Part shown: one piece after another, positions 26,320-38,889 of the stretch | How the letters are laid out: the number at the start of each line of letters is the position of its first letter | How positions within the stretch are numbered: the stretch's first letter is position 1 | Source: Octopus sinensis | Lineage: Eukaryota | Assembly (NCBI RefSeq): GCF_006345805.1 | Contig: NC_042999.1 | Coordinates: 56,978,001 to 57,042,000, forward strand | Direction: 5' to 3' | DNA: 64,000 bases | Program-made: the position numbers and the translations under genes | Notes under the pieces: generated by a model | What the model saw: only the letters and a program-made list of their open reading frames with translations | Told to the model about the DNA's origin: nothing | The model's database searches: none

Positions 26320-27015
26320 AATTTCCTCATACACACACACACACACACACACAAAGAAAGGAAAAGGGACAAAGAGAAGAATATAAAGACAAATTGTTGA
26401 ATTGATGAATGTTTATCTAAGATCAATATTTGTCGATGTGAGATTTTAAAAAGGAAGATGAGTGAATGTGTGTGTGTGTCTGTGGTGTATTTATGCATGT
26501 GTGTAAACTGATGTGGGAATGTACTTGGGTGGATGTATGCATGTATGTAGGTTTGTGTGTGTGTGTTAAGCATACATATTTGCATGTCGTGTAGGTGGGT
26601 GTATCTAGTAGAATGTAAGTGCGCGCACACATGTGTGTATGTGTGTGTGCGTATGCGTGTGTGTATGCTTGCGTATGTTTGTGTATGTGCGTGTGTCTAT
26701 GTGCATTTTCAAATAAAATCAATGAATGTTGACACACATATGCACACACACACGCGCGCGCGTGCACATATACACACACTCACACAGGTTTGATAAATGA
26801 AGGCAAAAGTGGATGACTGCCTACTGAGAGACACAGGAATCATCGTTATCGTCGCCATCCTTCTTTTTCTTCTTGTTATTCTTCTTCTTCTTATTATTAT
26901 TATTATAATAGTCGTCATCATTATTGCAGTGGTAGTAGTGATAGTGAATGATGACAGTTTATTTGTGAAAAATTTTATAAAAATGCCAAAAATATTGATG
27001 AGATTAGAAATTGGA

Positions 27016-27079
<64 letters not shown>

Positions 27080-27300
27080 GAAGAGAAAGAATATCTAAGC
27101 GTATGTACATTGGGATGTTTATGTACTTTTAAGCATGTTTTTGTAGGAGAGTATGTGTGTGCAAGCATAGGTGTTTGACTAAGCATCTGTGTGTGCGTGT
27201 GTGTGTGTATGTGTTAGTGTGTGTGTTTAAGTATATGCATGCCTATGTGTGCTTATGTGCATGAGTGTGGGCATGTGCCTAGATACGTGTTAGTCTGCTT
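26320..27300. repeat. Compound (TG)n/(CA)n/(TATG)n low-complexity field
   Basis: Directly visible; source of several spurious ORFs. Confidence 0.9.
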
Positions 27301-27389
27301 TTAGATGTGTCCAATATCCATGTTTGGGGTAGTCTGAGACATTCTATTATGGACAGCTGTTGGATAACGGCAAGTAATGCGAGGATGGG

Positions 27390-27656
27390 GGGGGGGGGAA
27401 GAGTTGTGTAAGAAGATGCAAAGATGAAGAAGAGGAGCAAATGAGAAAAGCTTCAGAGGTTTAGGGAGGGAGATTAAGGAAGATGGAGAAAGAAAAGGCT
27501 TTGAAGGTAAAGGAAAAAAAAAAATGATGCAGATGAAGAAAGGGTTGGTGTGAGAAAAACCCGGTTGATTGATCAGAGGTGGTAGTGGTAAAGTGGGGGT
27601 GGGGTGGGATCGGAAAGGAGGAGAAAGAAATAGAAGAGTAGAAAAGAGAGAGAGGA

Positions 27657-27688
<32 letters not shown>

Positions 27689-27750
27689 GTGTGAAAGTGA
27701 AGTGAGGAGAAGGTGGAATAGAGGAATGAATATCATATGGGAGAGAGGGG
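27390..27750 (+). repeat. Purine-rich (GA/GAA/GGA) tract
   Basis: Directly visible. Confidence 0.8.
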
Positions 27751-29929
27751 ATGAAGTTTTCTCTTTTATGTTTTACTTGTTCCAGTCATTGGACTACGAC
27801 TATGGTGGGGTACCATTTTGAAGGGTTATTTGAACAAATCGACCCCCAGTACTTTATTTTCTTTTCTAAGTCTGGTACCTGGTACTTATTCTATCAGTCT
27901 TTTTTGTCTCTCTTGTCAAATCACTAAGTTATGGGGACATAAAGAAACCAATACCAGTTCTCAAATAATAGTAGTGTTGCGGGGGGGGGGGCAAACACAT
28001 GCATACATATATACACGAAAACACACATGCATGCACACACACACATCAACTCCCATACTTATTTCTAAGTCTGGCACTTATCCTACCAGTCTTTTTTCAC
28101 AAGGATGTAAACAAACCAATACCAGTTGTCAAGTAGTGCTGGGGGACAAACACACACTTGTCCAAGGTACCATGCAGAGGTACTGAACACTGCAAAGTGA
28201 GCTTCTTTTTGCATACTTTTTGGTCTCAATGGCTTCATATGAAGGGGAAGAACAGCACTCAGGATGCTTTGCTGAGTTTCTCTTAGTGGGGGTGGAGAAA
28301 TCGATCCCTAGACTGGAGGTTTTGCATCATTTTGATACACTCATCAAACTGGTAATAATTTTAAACATAGTGATAGATGGAATCTACAAATCAAGAACAG
28401 CATCAGTCCTTCTGATAGACTTCTACACAGTTTCTGCATTTTGCTTTTTTTGTTTTTTGTTTTTTGTTTTTTTTCATTTTCTTTAGTCAGGAAGAAAGCT
28501 AGTGTCCATGGAATTTTACAGTCTCTCCGCAAATGGTGGGAAGGATGTATACTCTAACTGGAGATAACCTGAATGCTTGTAAGAGAGTGGACTCCATTTA
28601 AGTCTCTCAAAAATCATGTAGTGGGGTTAAAACCAAGTGACAGATTTAGTCTACCTGGTAAGGCCTCCCATGCTGGACAGGTCACAAGATAGAGGGCAGA
28701 CTAATATGGTCCATATTAGGCTGGCCTCTATCAGAGGTAAAAATGGGTTTGTGTAGAGTTAATACAGCTACTTGGACCCCCCACCCACCCAAAAATACAG
28801 AAGCATTGTTGAAAAACTAAAACCTACATGACAGGGGAGAGGAAGGCTTTCCCTCAGGGAAACATATGATGCACTGTAGCAAAATTTGCAAAATCCAAAA
28901 GGACTAAAGCAAAGCTGAAAAAGCAGGGATCAAATTGGTTTAAAGAAGTAAAGACTGCCCTAAGTCAAGGACAAGAGTTATTGATAGCCTATGTTCTATT
29001 GGAATCAATAAATGGTACTCCATCAATTACAACAATGAATGTTCCAGTTATCTAACCAATGAAATAGCCTGCTCATGAAACTAATGTGAAAGTGGCTGAG
29101 TACTCCGCAGACATGTGTACCCTTAACATAGTTCTCAGGAAGAACAGAATGTGACAAGGCCGACCCTTTGAATTACAGACACTACTCATTTTTGACTAGT
29201 TGAATGAACTGTAGCTATGTAAAATAAAGTGTCTTGCTCAAAGACATAACATGGTGTCAAATATCAAACTCATGGCTTTATGACCATGAGCCAAATACTC
29301 TAACCACTAAACCATGCATCTTCATGTAGCCCAGTGGCGAGGCATCACACTCATGACCTAGCAATCATGGTTTCGATTCCTAGACTGAGTGGTGTTCTTG
29401 AGCAAAACATTTAGTTTCCCATTGGTCCAGTCCACTAAGTTATAAATGAATGACCATGTGATGGACCACCGTTCCAATTAAAGGGAATGTTGGCCTGTTC
29501 ACTTGGCCAGTGGGATGGCATCATTCAAAAGCTAAAACAACGCTGAGCACATTGTGACCAGCATTGTGTAACAACATCCTAATTAGGAGCAAAGGGCTTA
29601 AGTAAGTGCAGTTCTGCAGGATATGAACCCAGAACATAAAAAGTGAGAACAAATATAAAACATCCCATCCAATAATCTAATGATTTTGCCAGTGTACTAT
29701 TTTCGACTGACACTTTTATTTATCGACCTTGGAAAGATAAAAGATGAAATTCACCGAGGTGGGATTTGATCTCAGAATGCAAAAAGCTGGTATAAATAAC
29801 ACATGACATTTCATCTGATGCTCTAACAACTCTGCCATTTCATTAACTGATCCTGTTGTTGTGAAGCAATATTCTTAACCAGACAGCTGTATCTGCACCC
29901 AGTTAAACTTAATGTGAGCAAAACTCTGT

Positions 29930-29973
<44 letters not shown>

Positions 29974-31360
29974 TAATAATAATAATAATAATAATGAAAT
30001 ATTTAAGAGGTCACAAGAGTGCACATATCCGATGTTTAACTCATTTTGTGTTAAATAGTTGAAAGAGAAATCCTAATTCCTTGAATAAGATATCTGTTCT
30101 GCCCCTGGAAACTTTCCATGTTAAGGTAAAGTAAGGAGAGTAGACTCCAGTGAATGTCTTTCATTCAAAGATAAAATGGTTTTCCTGCTGTGAGATTTGA
30201 AATCAAGATCTGTAAGACAGTCACCTGGGTATTTATCTATTGAATAGCTTTTAACTCAGTTGAATTAGAAAAGTCCAGACTTGGAATAAAGAGGGTGCAT
30301 CATTGATGAGATGAATGACAACAAAAGGATTTTGAAAAATCTAACTGATTGACTGAACAATTGATTATTTAAATGGTTATGCAATTAACCAAGTGGCAAA
30401 AAAAAAAATAGTAACGAAGTGAAATAGAATCTGTATGCATGTTTATTATTGTTATAATGACTCTCCTGAGATACAACAAAATATTTTTCAACACATGAGA
30501 TCACAATAAGAATCTTGCAAACCAAACAGAAACATGAAATATTTTCATTTATTATTTTTCTGATTTTTATAGAGAGGATAGGATAGTAATACCCATGGCT
30601 TTTCTTCAGGGTTTCTCAGACTTGCATTTAGAAAGGAGAGCTGTCTTGAATACTTGTAATAGAGTAGTCTCTGCTTAAGGCACCCAAGGATCATCTGGTG
30701 AATTCCTTAAGAATGCCTTTTGAATCTTACACATAAATGTATATAAAAGCTGTTTACTGTTTGCTTACCTTCTAGCTTTCACTTGTCTTAGTCATTTGAC
30801 TACAACCTTGTGGGGTTTAGTTGAACGTATCGACTTCTATATTTATTTTAAAGTTTGGTTATTATTTCATCAGTTTCTTTTGTCGAAAACATCAATTTAT
30901 AGGGATGTACATAAAGCAACACCATTTATAAAGAGGTGAGGTGGGGGACAAGCGTGCGCACGCGTGCACACACACACACACACACACCATGTGTGGTACC
31001 TTTGGTAACTATCTTCTCCTATAGCTTTGGGCCAACCAAAGCCTTGTCAGTGGATCCGGTAGATGGAATCTAAAAAAGGTGTATATGTATGTGTGTGTGT
31101 GTATGTGTGAGAGTGTGTTTGTGTTTGTCCCACACCATAGCTTGACAACTGGTGTTGGTTTGTTTATGTCCCTGTAACTTAGTGGTTTGGCAAAAAGAGA
31201 CTGACAGAATAAGCACCTGGTTTTAAAAAAAAATACTGGGATCATTCTGCTTGACTAAACCCTTTAAGGCAGTACCCCAGCTTGGCCACAGTCCAATGAC
31301 TGAGAGAAGTAAAAGAATAAAAGAATATACATACATATGCACGCTCACACATATATATGC

Positions 31361-31870
31361 GTAGGAGTGGCTGTGTGGTAAGTAGCTTGCTTACCAACCA
31401 CATGGTTCTGGGTTCAATCCCACCGCGTGGCACCTTGGGCAAGTGTCTTCTACTATAGTCTTGAGATGACCAAAGCCTTGTGAGTGGATTTGGTAGACGG
31501 AAACTGAAAGAAGGCCGTCAAATATATGTATGTATATATATATATATATATAGCACCGTCCGAACGTGGCCGATGCCAGCGCCGCCTAGACTGGCTTCCA
31601 TGCCGGTGGCACGTAAAAAGCGCCAATCCGATCGTGGCTGTTGCCAACCTCATCTGGCACCTGTGCAGGAGTGGTTGGCGTTAGGAAGGGCATCCAGCTG
31701 TAGAAACACTGCCAGATCAGACTGGAGCCTGGTGCAGCCGTCTGGCTTCCCAGATCCCTGGTCGAACCGTCCAACCCATGCTAGCATGGAGAACGGACGT
31801 TAAATGATGATGATGATGACATATATACACACACATATATATATACATACACACATATATATATATATAT

Positions 31871-31901
<31 letters not shown>

Positions 31902-32107
31902 TATGTATGTGTGTATATATGTTTGTGTGTCTGTGTTTGTCCCACCAACATCGATTGACAACTGATGCTGGTGTGTTTACGTCCCCATAACTTAGCGGTT
32001 CGGCAAAAGAGACTGATAGAATAAGTACTAGGCTTACAAAGAATAAGTCCTGGGGTTGAATTGCTCCAGCATGACCACAGTCAAATGACTGAAACAAGTA
32101 AAAGAGT
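31361..32107 (+). mobile_element. SINE B with an RTE 3'-UTR fragment (31553-31820, +) nested in its (TA)n
   Basis: The insert matches the RTE 3' UTR and ends ggacgttaaatgatgatgatgat; family B resumes after it. Confidence 0.9.
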
Positions 32108-32731
32108 ATGTATATACACATGTGCACTTACACATACATACATAAGGAAAACCTCAAGTTAACAGTAAAAAAAAAAAATGACACGTTCTGTTGATTTAAT
32201 GAAAAAGCAAAATTGTGTGGTTACAGAGTGATTGACCTTTAACTGGAAATAGTTGAATAAAAGCAATTCAATAATAGCCAAAGTATAAAAGACTTACAAA
32301 GGATTTATGATAATCAATACAAGATCAGTAAGAGGGATGGAAATGGTGGGAAGGTACGCAAATAGCTTAGCTTCATCAGATAAATTAATATTTAAGTCTG
32401 GCAGGGTAAACACCATTTTTAGATTTGAATAAACCTAGGTAGAAAAATAATCAATATTTGTAATTATAATGTCTAACTAATAACGGTAACATGTTACCTG
32501 GCTTAACATGATCCCCTGGTCCTTGGGTGCCTTTAGTTTGTGAGGAAGAGTAATCAATTAAGTGCCCTAAACTGGTCCCAGAGGAATTCACTCTGTTGCA
32601 CGCATTCAAGCTGCCCCACTCCACTGTTAGCTTTATCCTGCAGATATTGATGTACAGATGTTCAGGCTGAACATAAGCACCATACCCGCTTATCTAATTA
32701 AATTATGTCAACCATTACACTTAATTTCATA

Positions 32732-33140
32732 TAGGAGTGGCTGTGTGGTAAGTAGCTTGCTTACCAACCACATGGTTCCGGGTTCAGTCTCACTGCATGT
32801 CACTTTGGGCAAGTGTCTTCTACTATAGCCTCAGGCCGACCAAAGCCTTGTGAGTGGATTTGGTAGACGGAAACTGAAAGAAGCCCATCGTATATATGTA
32901 TATATATATATGTAAGTGTGTGTGTGTTTGTGTGTCTGTGTTTGTCCCACCCCCAACATGACTTGACAACCGATGCTGGTGTGTTTATGTCCCCGTAACT
33001 GAGCAGTTCAGCAAAAAGAGACTGATAGAATAAGCACTGGGCTTACAAAGAATAAGTCCTGGTGTCGATTTGCTCGACTAAATGCGGTGCTCTAGCATGG
33101 CCATAGTCAAATGACTGAAACAAGCAAAAGAGTAAAGAGT
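32732..33140 (+). mobile_element. Well-preserved full-length SINE family B
   Basis: tRNA-like head (ggttcagtctc B-box-like), CORE-like ctttgggcaagtgtctt, tail aaaagagtaaagag. Confidence 0.9.
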
Positions 33141-33189
33141 ATAGTAAAGTTTTGTTATCATCATTTGGCAGCAAAGAAGTAAAAGGTGA

Positions 33190-34230
33190 GAGAACCTTGA
33201 TGAGCTGTAAGAACGACAGAGTAAATTTTTCATTATTTACATTTGACAGATTGCTCAGTGCCTAAAACATTGTGCAAAGAATATAAGTAATGGTTGTGAT
33301 ACACACCACGAAAAAATGATCAAGCTCAATAACAATCTATAAAGCAACAACTACCCGCAAAACATTATCCACTCCAATTATGCAGAAGAGAGAGGATGAA
33401 ACCAATAAACTGTCCACAGTCTGTCTACCCTAAGTGAAAGGCCTCTCAGAAAAGATACAAAAGATATGTGCCCTATATGACATCAGGACAGTTTTCAACA
33501 GTAATACAACACTTTGCAAATATCTCCTTCTAGTAAAACCACCAATAGAAGAGAATATGACCAAAGACTGCATGTACTCCATCCCATGCAGCTACAGTAG
33601 GTTATACAAAGGTGAAACATGCTACCTCCTCAAAATAAGGTTAGAGGAACATCGCAAAGCTGTGATACGAGGAGATATTGATAAATCGGGTATTGCTGAT
33701 CATGTATGGAAAATGGAGACCACCTCCCCCTGTGGGATGAAGTTAAAATAATAGACAGAGAACACAACTGTAAAATATGAAAACTGAAAGAAGCAGCACA
33801 TATGCTAGGACACAACAACCTCATAAGCAGACCGAGTACAGATATGAATAGCATATGAGAACTGGTATTAAGGAAGAATAGGAAAATATGAGATATATAA
33901 GCCCTAAAATTCACTCTATAATTGCCCATGGGCATATAGCATAGTGGTTAAGAGTGCGGGCTACTAACCCCAAGATTCCGAGTTTGATTCCAAGCTGTAA
34001 CCTGAATAATAATAATATAATAATAATAATAATAATAATAATAACATTGTAAAATACCTTAGGAATGAGAACTCAGGTTCAAAATTTCCCCAAGACACCT
34101 GATGAAGGCTGGAGGGAATATCAGCCAAAACGTTGTATTAACAACAAACAAGATGAGGACAAATATCCATCAAATGTAAATAATGTAAACAATGTACATA
34201 ATTCCTCATCTCTTAAATATAGAACTGTAT
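33190..34230 (+). mobile_element. Penelope-like element 3' portion: GIY-YIG remnant, tRNA-like segment and hammerhead-like terminus
   Basis: ORF 33434-33751 ...DCMYSIPCSYSRLYKGETCYLLKIRLEEHRKAVIRGDIDKSGIADHVW is a decayed GIY-YIG; CTGATGA at 34099. Confidence 0.85.
34094..34139 (+). ncRNA. Degenerate minimal hammerhead ribozyme
   Basis: gacac-CTGATGA-a-ggctg/cagcc stem II-aaaac (GAAAC with G to A)-gtt-gtatt (stem I partner, one mismatch). Confidence 0.6.
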
Positions 34231-34518
34231 AATTTTTTTCAGTCCTCATCCAAAGCTACTGAAAAGTTTCATAGGGTAACCAGGTAGTCTAATTTCACAG
34301 CAAGAGTAAATACATCATATAGATATGAAAATAAACACACTCTCTCTCTCTCTTTCTCTCTCTCTCACACACACACACACACATAAATGTAAAATCATAA
34401 GGAAGAACAGAGGCAGAATAATATGCGAGTATAAATAACTCCAAGAAGCTATCTGCATGAAAAACAACGCTGCATTGATCACCAAAAATCTAAGCCCAAA
34501 ATAATTATGACGAGACAT

Positions 34519-34564
<46 letters not shown>

Positions 34565-34570
34565 TAGAAT

Positions 34571-34734
34571 CAGGGCTGACTCAAGGTACCAGCAACTCAG
34601 GCAGTTGCCTGGAGTGCCATGTGCTAAGGGGGTGCCAAGGAGGGCATGAAGACAAAGAAATTTCCACAACTGTCAGCTTGTACACGCTGAAGTTCAGCTT
34701 TCCTAGGGTGCCAGCAACCCAAGGGTTGGCCCTG
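34571..34734. mobile_element. hAT-type MITE, 164 bp
   Basis: Imperfect TIRs cagggctgac / gttggccctg; 8-bp TSD agtagaat at 34563-34570 and 34735-34742. Confidence 0.85.
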
Positions 34735-34766
34735 AGTAGAATAAGAAATAATGGTACAGTATTATA

Positions 34767-34944
34767 CAGGGTGTCCCAGAAGTTGAGCACCATTCTGGTT
34801 TTCATTTTAAATAATCAAAGCATTTTATTTTATATGTTTTTCAGCATGTTTTATTGTAGAGGGTGCTCAATTAGAGCATTTGTTACAATCAGTTTCAATA
34901 AAGTGCTTTTGGAATTAATAAGGGTGTATTCTTGGGACACCCTG
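34767..34944. mobile_element. Tc1/mariner-type MITE, 178 bp
   Basis: TIRs cagggtgtccca / tgggacaccctg flanked by TA on both sides. Confidence 0.9.
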
Positions 34945-34948
34945 TATA

Positions 34949-35259
34949 TTTGAAAAAAATGAATAGAAATAGCTTTTCTGATAATTTTTCCACTTTAATA
35001 ATAAGATAGTGGAAAAGTTATCAGAAAAGCCATTTCTATTCCTTTTTTCAAACATCATCATCATCATCATTTAACATCCTCTCTGTATGCTGGCATGGGC
35101 TAGACGGCTTGATCCATGTCAGCATAAAGAGTGGACGTTAAATGATGATGATATCTGAAAGAATGAATAAAAATGGTTTATCTGATAATTTTGACACATC
35201 AGTATTTAGATAGTGGGAAAATTATCAGAAAAGGTGTTTCTATTCCATTTTTTTTCAAA
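34949..35259. mobile_element. Two ~105-bp palindromic (fold-back) elements flanking a double-tailed RTE fragment
   Basis: tttgaaaaaa...ttttctgataatttttccact / agtggaaaagttatcagaaaag...ttttttcaaa at 34949-35052; diverged second copy at 35154-35259. Confidence 0.7.
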
Positions 35260-35328
35260 TATATAATACTGCACCAAGAATTTTTTATTTCTTATTCTAC
35301 TATATATTAATGTGTGTGTGTGTATGTG

Positions 35329-35359
<31 letters not shown>

Positions 35360-36777
35360 CTATTATTGTTTTATTTCAGCAAATATTGGAAGCAATTCCA
35401 GAATCACAAAGTAAACATACAAGATGATATGATCGTTGGTGAAGAAAAATAGAACTGTCTTGAGAATAAATAACTGAGAGTTGTTCTCTGCAGGAAACCC
35501 TTAAAGAGTGAAATGTTTGCCCTTTTCAAAAGAAATCCCCAAAATTTAAAATTATTTCTCCATTGAATGATAATGTTTTGAACTCCTTCTGGGAGGTAAT
35601 TACAATCAAAGTAGAAGGGCCTTGAAATGGATGTAGGGAGAGTGCTTGGTATGAGAGTAAAAATGGTGCACTGGGATTAGAAATATGGATAAAAGCATAA
35701 GAACTATACCTGGGTTTACAATTATTCAGGCAGTCTCACAATAAGTAAACAGCAATCCTATTGGATACCCCTAAAAAAGACGTTGTGGTCATGGCCAGAA
35801 TGTCTTTGATCATAAGTCTGCATGGTCAGAGACATGGGGCTAAATGACAACCCCCTTAATAAGTCCTAACGTTGGTACAAGGCCATACATTTTAGGCAAG
35901 AGTCTAGCCAATTTAATTAACATCATTACCTGATCGGGATGTACTTCTACTACAGCCCCTGCAGGAATGAAAAGCAAAGCTAACATTACTATGATATGAA
36001 CCCAGAAAATAAAAATCTTTGATCAAGAAATTCTGCTAATGTTGTACAGTTGATAATATGAATGGTAAAGTTGACCCAGGCAAGATCTGAACTCAGAACA
36101 TTTGTAATTAAATAGCATGCTGAAACAAGTGAAAATAAAATCAATAAGCAATGAAATAAAGAAATAAACCCCTATAAATCATTCCATTATTTTCTTCTTT
36201 TTATATTACCATTTCTTGTTTAAGTTTGCTGCTCAAATTTCTGTTTAATTTTGCCATTAATCAACGCATAAGCACAGCCAAACCTCTGTTGCCTATTGAT
36301 TTCTTCCACTAGTGTTTTTGTAAGGAACAGATGGTGCATCACTAAAAATACTGATAGATTTCAGACCTTAATGTTTTGCCAGTAGAAAGGGTGACATCTG
36401 TTGTTATTGGCAACAGTAGCAGCCAATTAAATGCTAGACACTGTGGTGGATAGCATTGGTAAGTTGACTGGTGTTATGTCATCATAGCCAAGTAAATATT
36501 AATTAGGTATTCAGATACTTAACAGTTCAGATACGGCCTTGTTTTCCATCAAATATTAATACCTCAGGGAACTGAAATAAAATTGAATTGTTGCTGTTTG
36601 GCCCATCTGGCCCAGACAGGCTTGTTTGAGTAGATCTGTAATAAAAAGAGTTCCAGTAGTGCCCAGCCCCGTTTTCTTTTCTTTCTGACATGATGAATCA
36701 AGAATTATATTACCAAGTTCCACAAGCTGCAGTTATGGGCAAACTGTGGCCCAAAAGGCTTTCTGAATGGTGTTCTT

Positions 36778-37300
36778 TTATTCTTTTACTTGTTTCAGTC
36801 TTCTGACTGTAGCCATGCTGGAGCACCATTTTAAAGAAATCAACCCCAGGACTTATTCTTTGTATGCCTTGTACTTATTCTATTGGTCCTTTTTGCCGAA
36901 CCACCAAAGTACAGAAATACAAACACACCAATATTGATTGTCAAGCAATAGGGGTGGTGCTGGTGGGGGCAAACACAGACACAAAGACATGCACACAAAT
37001 ATACATACATATATATATATATATGATGGTCTTCTGTCAGTTTCTGTTTACCAAGTCCACTTACAAGGCTTTGGTTAGTCAGAGGCTACAGTAGAAGACA
37101 CTTGTCCAAGGTGCCATGCAGTGGGACTGAATCTGGAACCATGTGGTTGGGAAGTAAGCTTCTAGCAACACAGCCAGGCCTGCACTTATCTTAAATTTGT
37201 TTAGCAATGGCACCTTGGGCAAGTGTCTTCTACTATAGCCTTGAGCTGACCAAAGCCTTGTGAGTGGATTTGGTAGATGGAAACTGAAAGAAGCTCGTCG

Positions 37301-37352
<52 letters not shown>

Positions 37353-37560
37353 CATTTGTGTGTCTGTAGTCTCCCCAACATCGTTTGACAACTGATGCTG
37401 GTGTGTTACGTCCCTGTAACTTAGCAGTTTGGCAAAAGAGACCAATAGAATAAGTACTAGGCTTACAAAGAATAAGTCCTGGGGTCGATTTGCTTGACTA
37501 AAGGCAGTGCTCCAGCATGGCCACAGTCAAATGACTGAAACAAGCAAAAGAGTTAAAGAG
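36778..37560. mobile_element. Head-to-head pair of SINE B copies (36778-37175 minus, 37205-37560 plus)
   Basis: Both match family B in opposite orientations. Confidence 0.85.
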
Positions 37561-38889
37561 CAATGTGATTTGCCTGATGAGACATGTCTCATTTGGCTTG
37601 CTTCACAAAAAAGTTGCCAATGCCATTGAAGGGAGTTTTGATGCTATTTCCTTTAAGTCAAGTAACCATGAAGAGGCTTTCTCATTCATTGGCTTTATGT
37701 AGTTGCCCCACTTGTTAGAAACTGTAGCCCAAAGGTCGAAGTTTGTTTCAGTAGAATTCAGCTATTCAAACTGTCAACTGACATGATATGAACCAATTAC
37801 TGAAAGTCCAACTGTATTGTATGAGATCTTGTCAAATCATGTTTGGCCTTTTTTTTTTTTTTAAGTAACTTCTAGCAAAGAGGAAAACAACTAACGATAA
37901 AACAGCCATTGAGCAACCATAGAAATATTTTGGGAGTTACAAAAGGAAATGAAAGAAGCTAAGAACCATAGAGCAATCATCATGGGATTTAAAAGCACCA
38001 AGATCACATTTATCTGGAGAAAAAGAAGAAAGAGGAAGGAGATCCATAAGACAAATAGTTGAGGAAAGAAACCACTTGAGGAGAAGACTGCAGCATTGAA
38101 AGGATGAATATTCACAGAAAGATGAGTCATTTCACTGGTAACCTTAGCAGGAAGTACAATGAAAGAAAGTTCTTGTGGTTTGATTAGCAGCTCTGTTGGG
38201 TGGCTTACTTGAAACATTAGCACAACTTATGATATATGATATCATATGAGGTTAATAGAAGTGGTAATGCTTTGTTTGTTAAATGCAGCTTTTTGTCTAG
38301 TGAAAAATTAATCCATTATTTTACAGCTCAAACTTTCTTAGGTTTTATAAAAGTAAAATTTTGAAAATGCTATGAGCACTGTCTGCTCTCACTGACCATT
38401 GTGTTATTTGTTCAGCTTAAACAAAACATACAGCTCTACTTGTTCTGATACATCTTATCTGGTACCTCTCAAAGACAGTTGCACAAAGTGATGCAATGTT
38501 GGACAGATTATCACCATTTTGATAATTTAATCATCATCATTATCATCATCATCATCATTATCGTCGTCATCATCATTATTTAACGTCCACTTTTCCATGA
38601 GTCAGACGGAATTTGTTGAGGCAGATTTTCTATAGCAAAATAATATATACTCATAGCTAGATATGTTTTTTTCCCATGGTGACTTGAAATGAACAATACC
38701 CCTTGTATGACAGTGATGCTCATCACGTGATGTCAAGAGAAAGGTACACACACACACACAATGAGCTTCTTTCAGTTTCTGTCTACCAAATCCACTAACA
38801 AGGTTTTGTTCAGCCTGGGACTACAGAAGAAAACACTACCTGCTCTTATCAAATTAAAAGGGGGTCCAAAGTTCAGATTTTATTATTAG

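Noticed and set aside
30676-30698. miR-124-like start (TAAGGCAC)
   Set aside because: The match stops after 8 nt and there is no pre-miRNA hairpin
33930-33995. tRNA gene (also the heads at 50197 and of families A and B)
   Set aside because: No complete cloverleaf or acceptor stem; these are tRNA-derived SINE-like heads
36432-36459. ATG-initiated MLDTVVDSI followed by a gtaagt donor
   Set aside because: No promoter context or linked exon; indistinguishable from a chance pseudo-exon
37574-37580. Isolated CTGATGA (also at 58774-58780)
   Set aside because: No downstream stem II-GAAA-UH arrangement
37600-38220. Possible R4/Dong-like LINE remnant (ERGRRSIRQIVEE; ASSWLLDLK)
   Set aside because: The resemblances are weak and on opposite strands; no RT motif is recognisable
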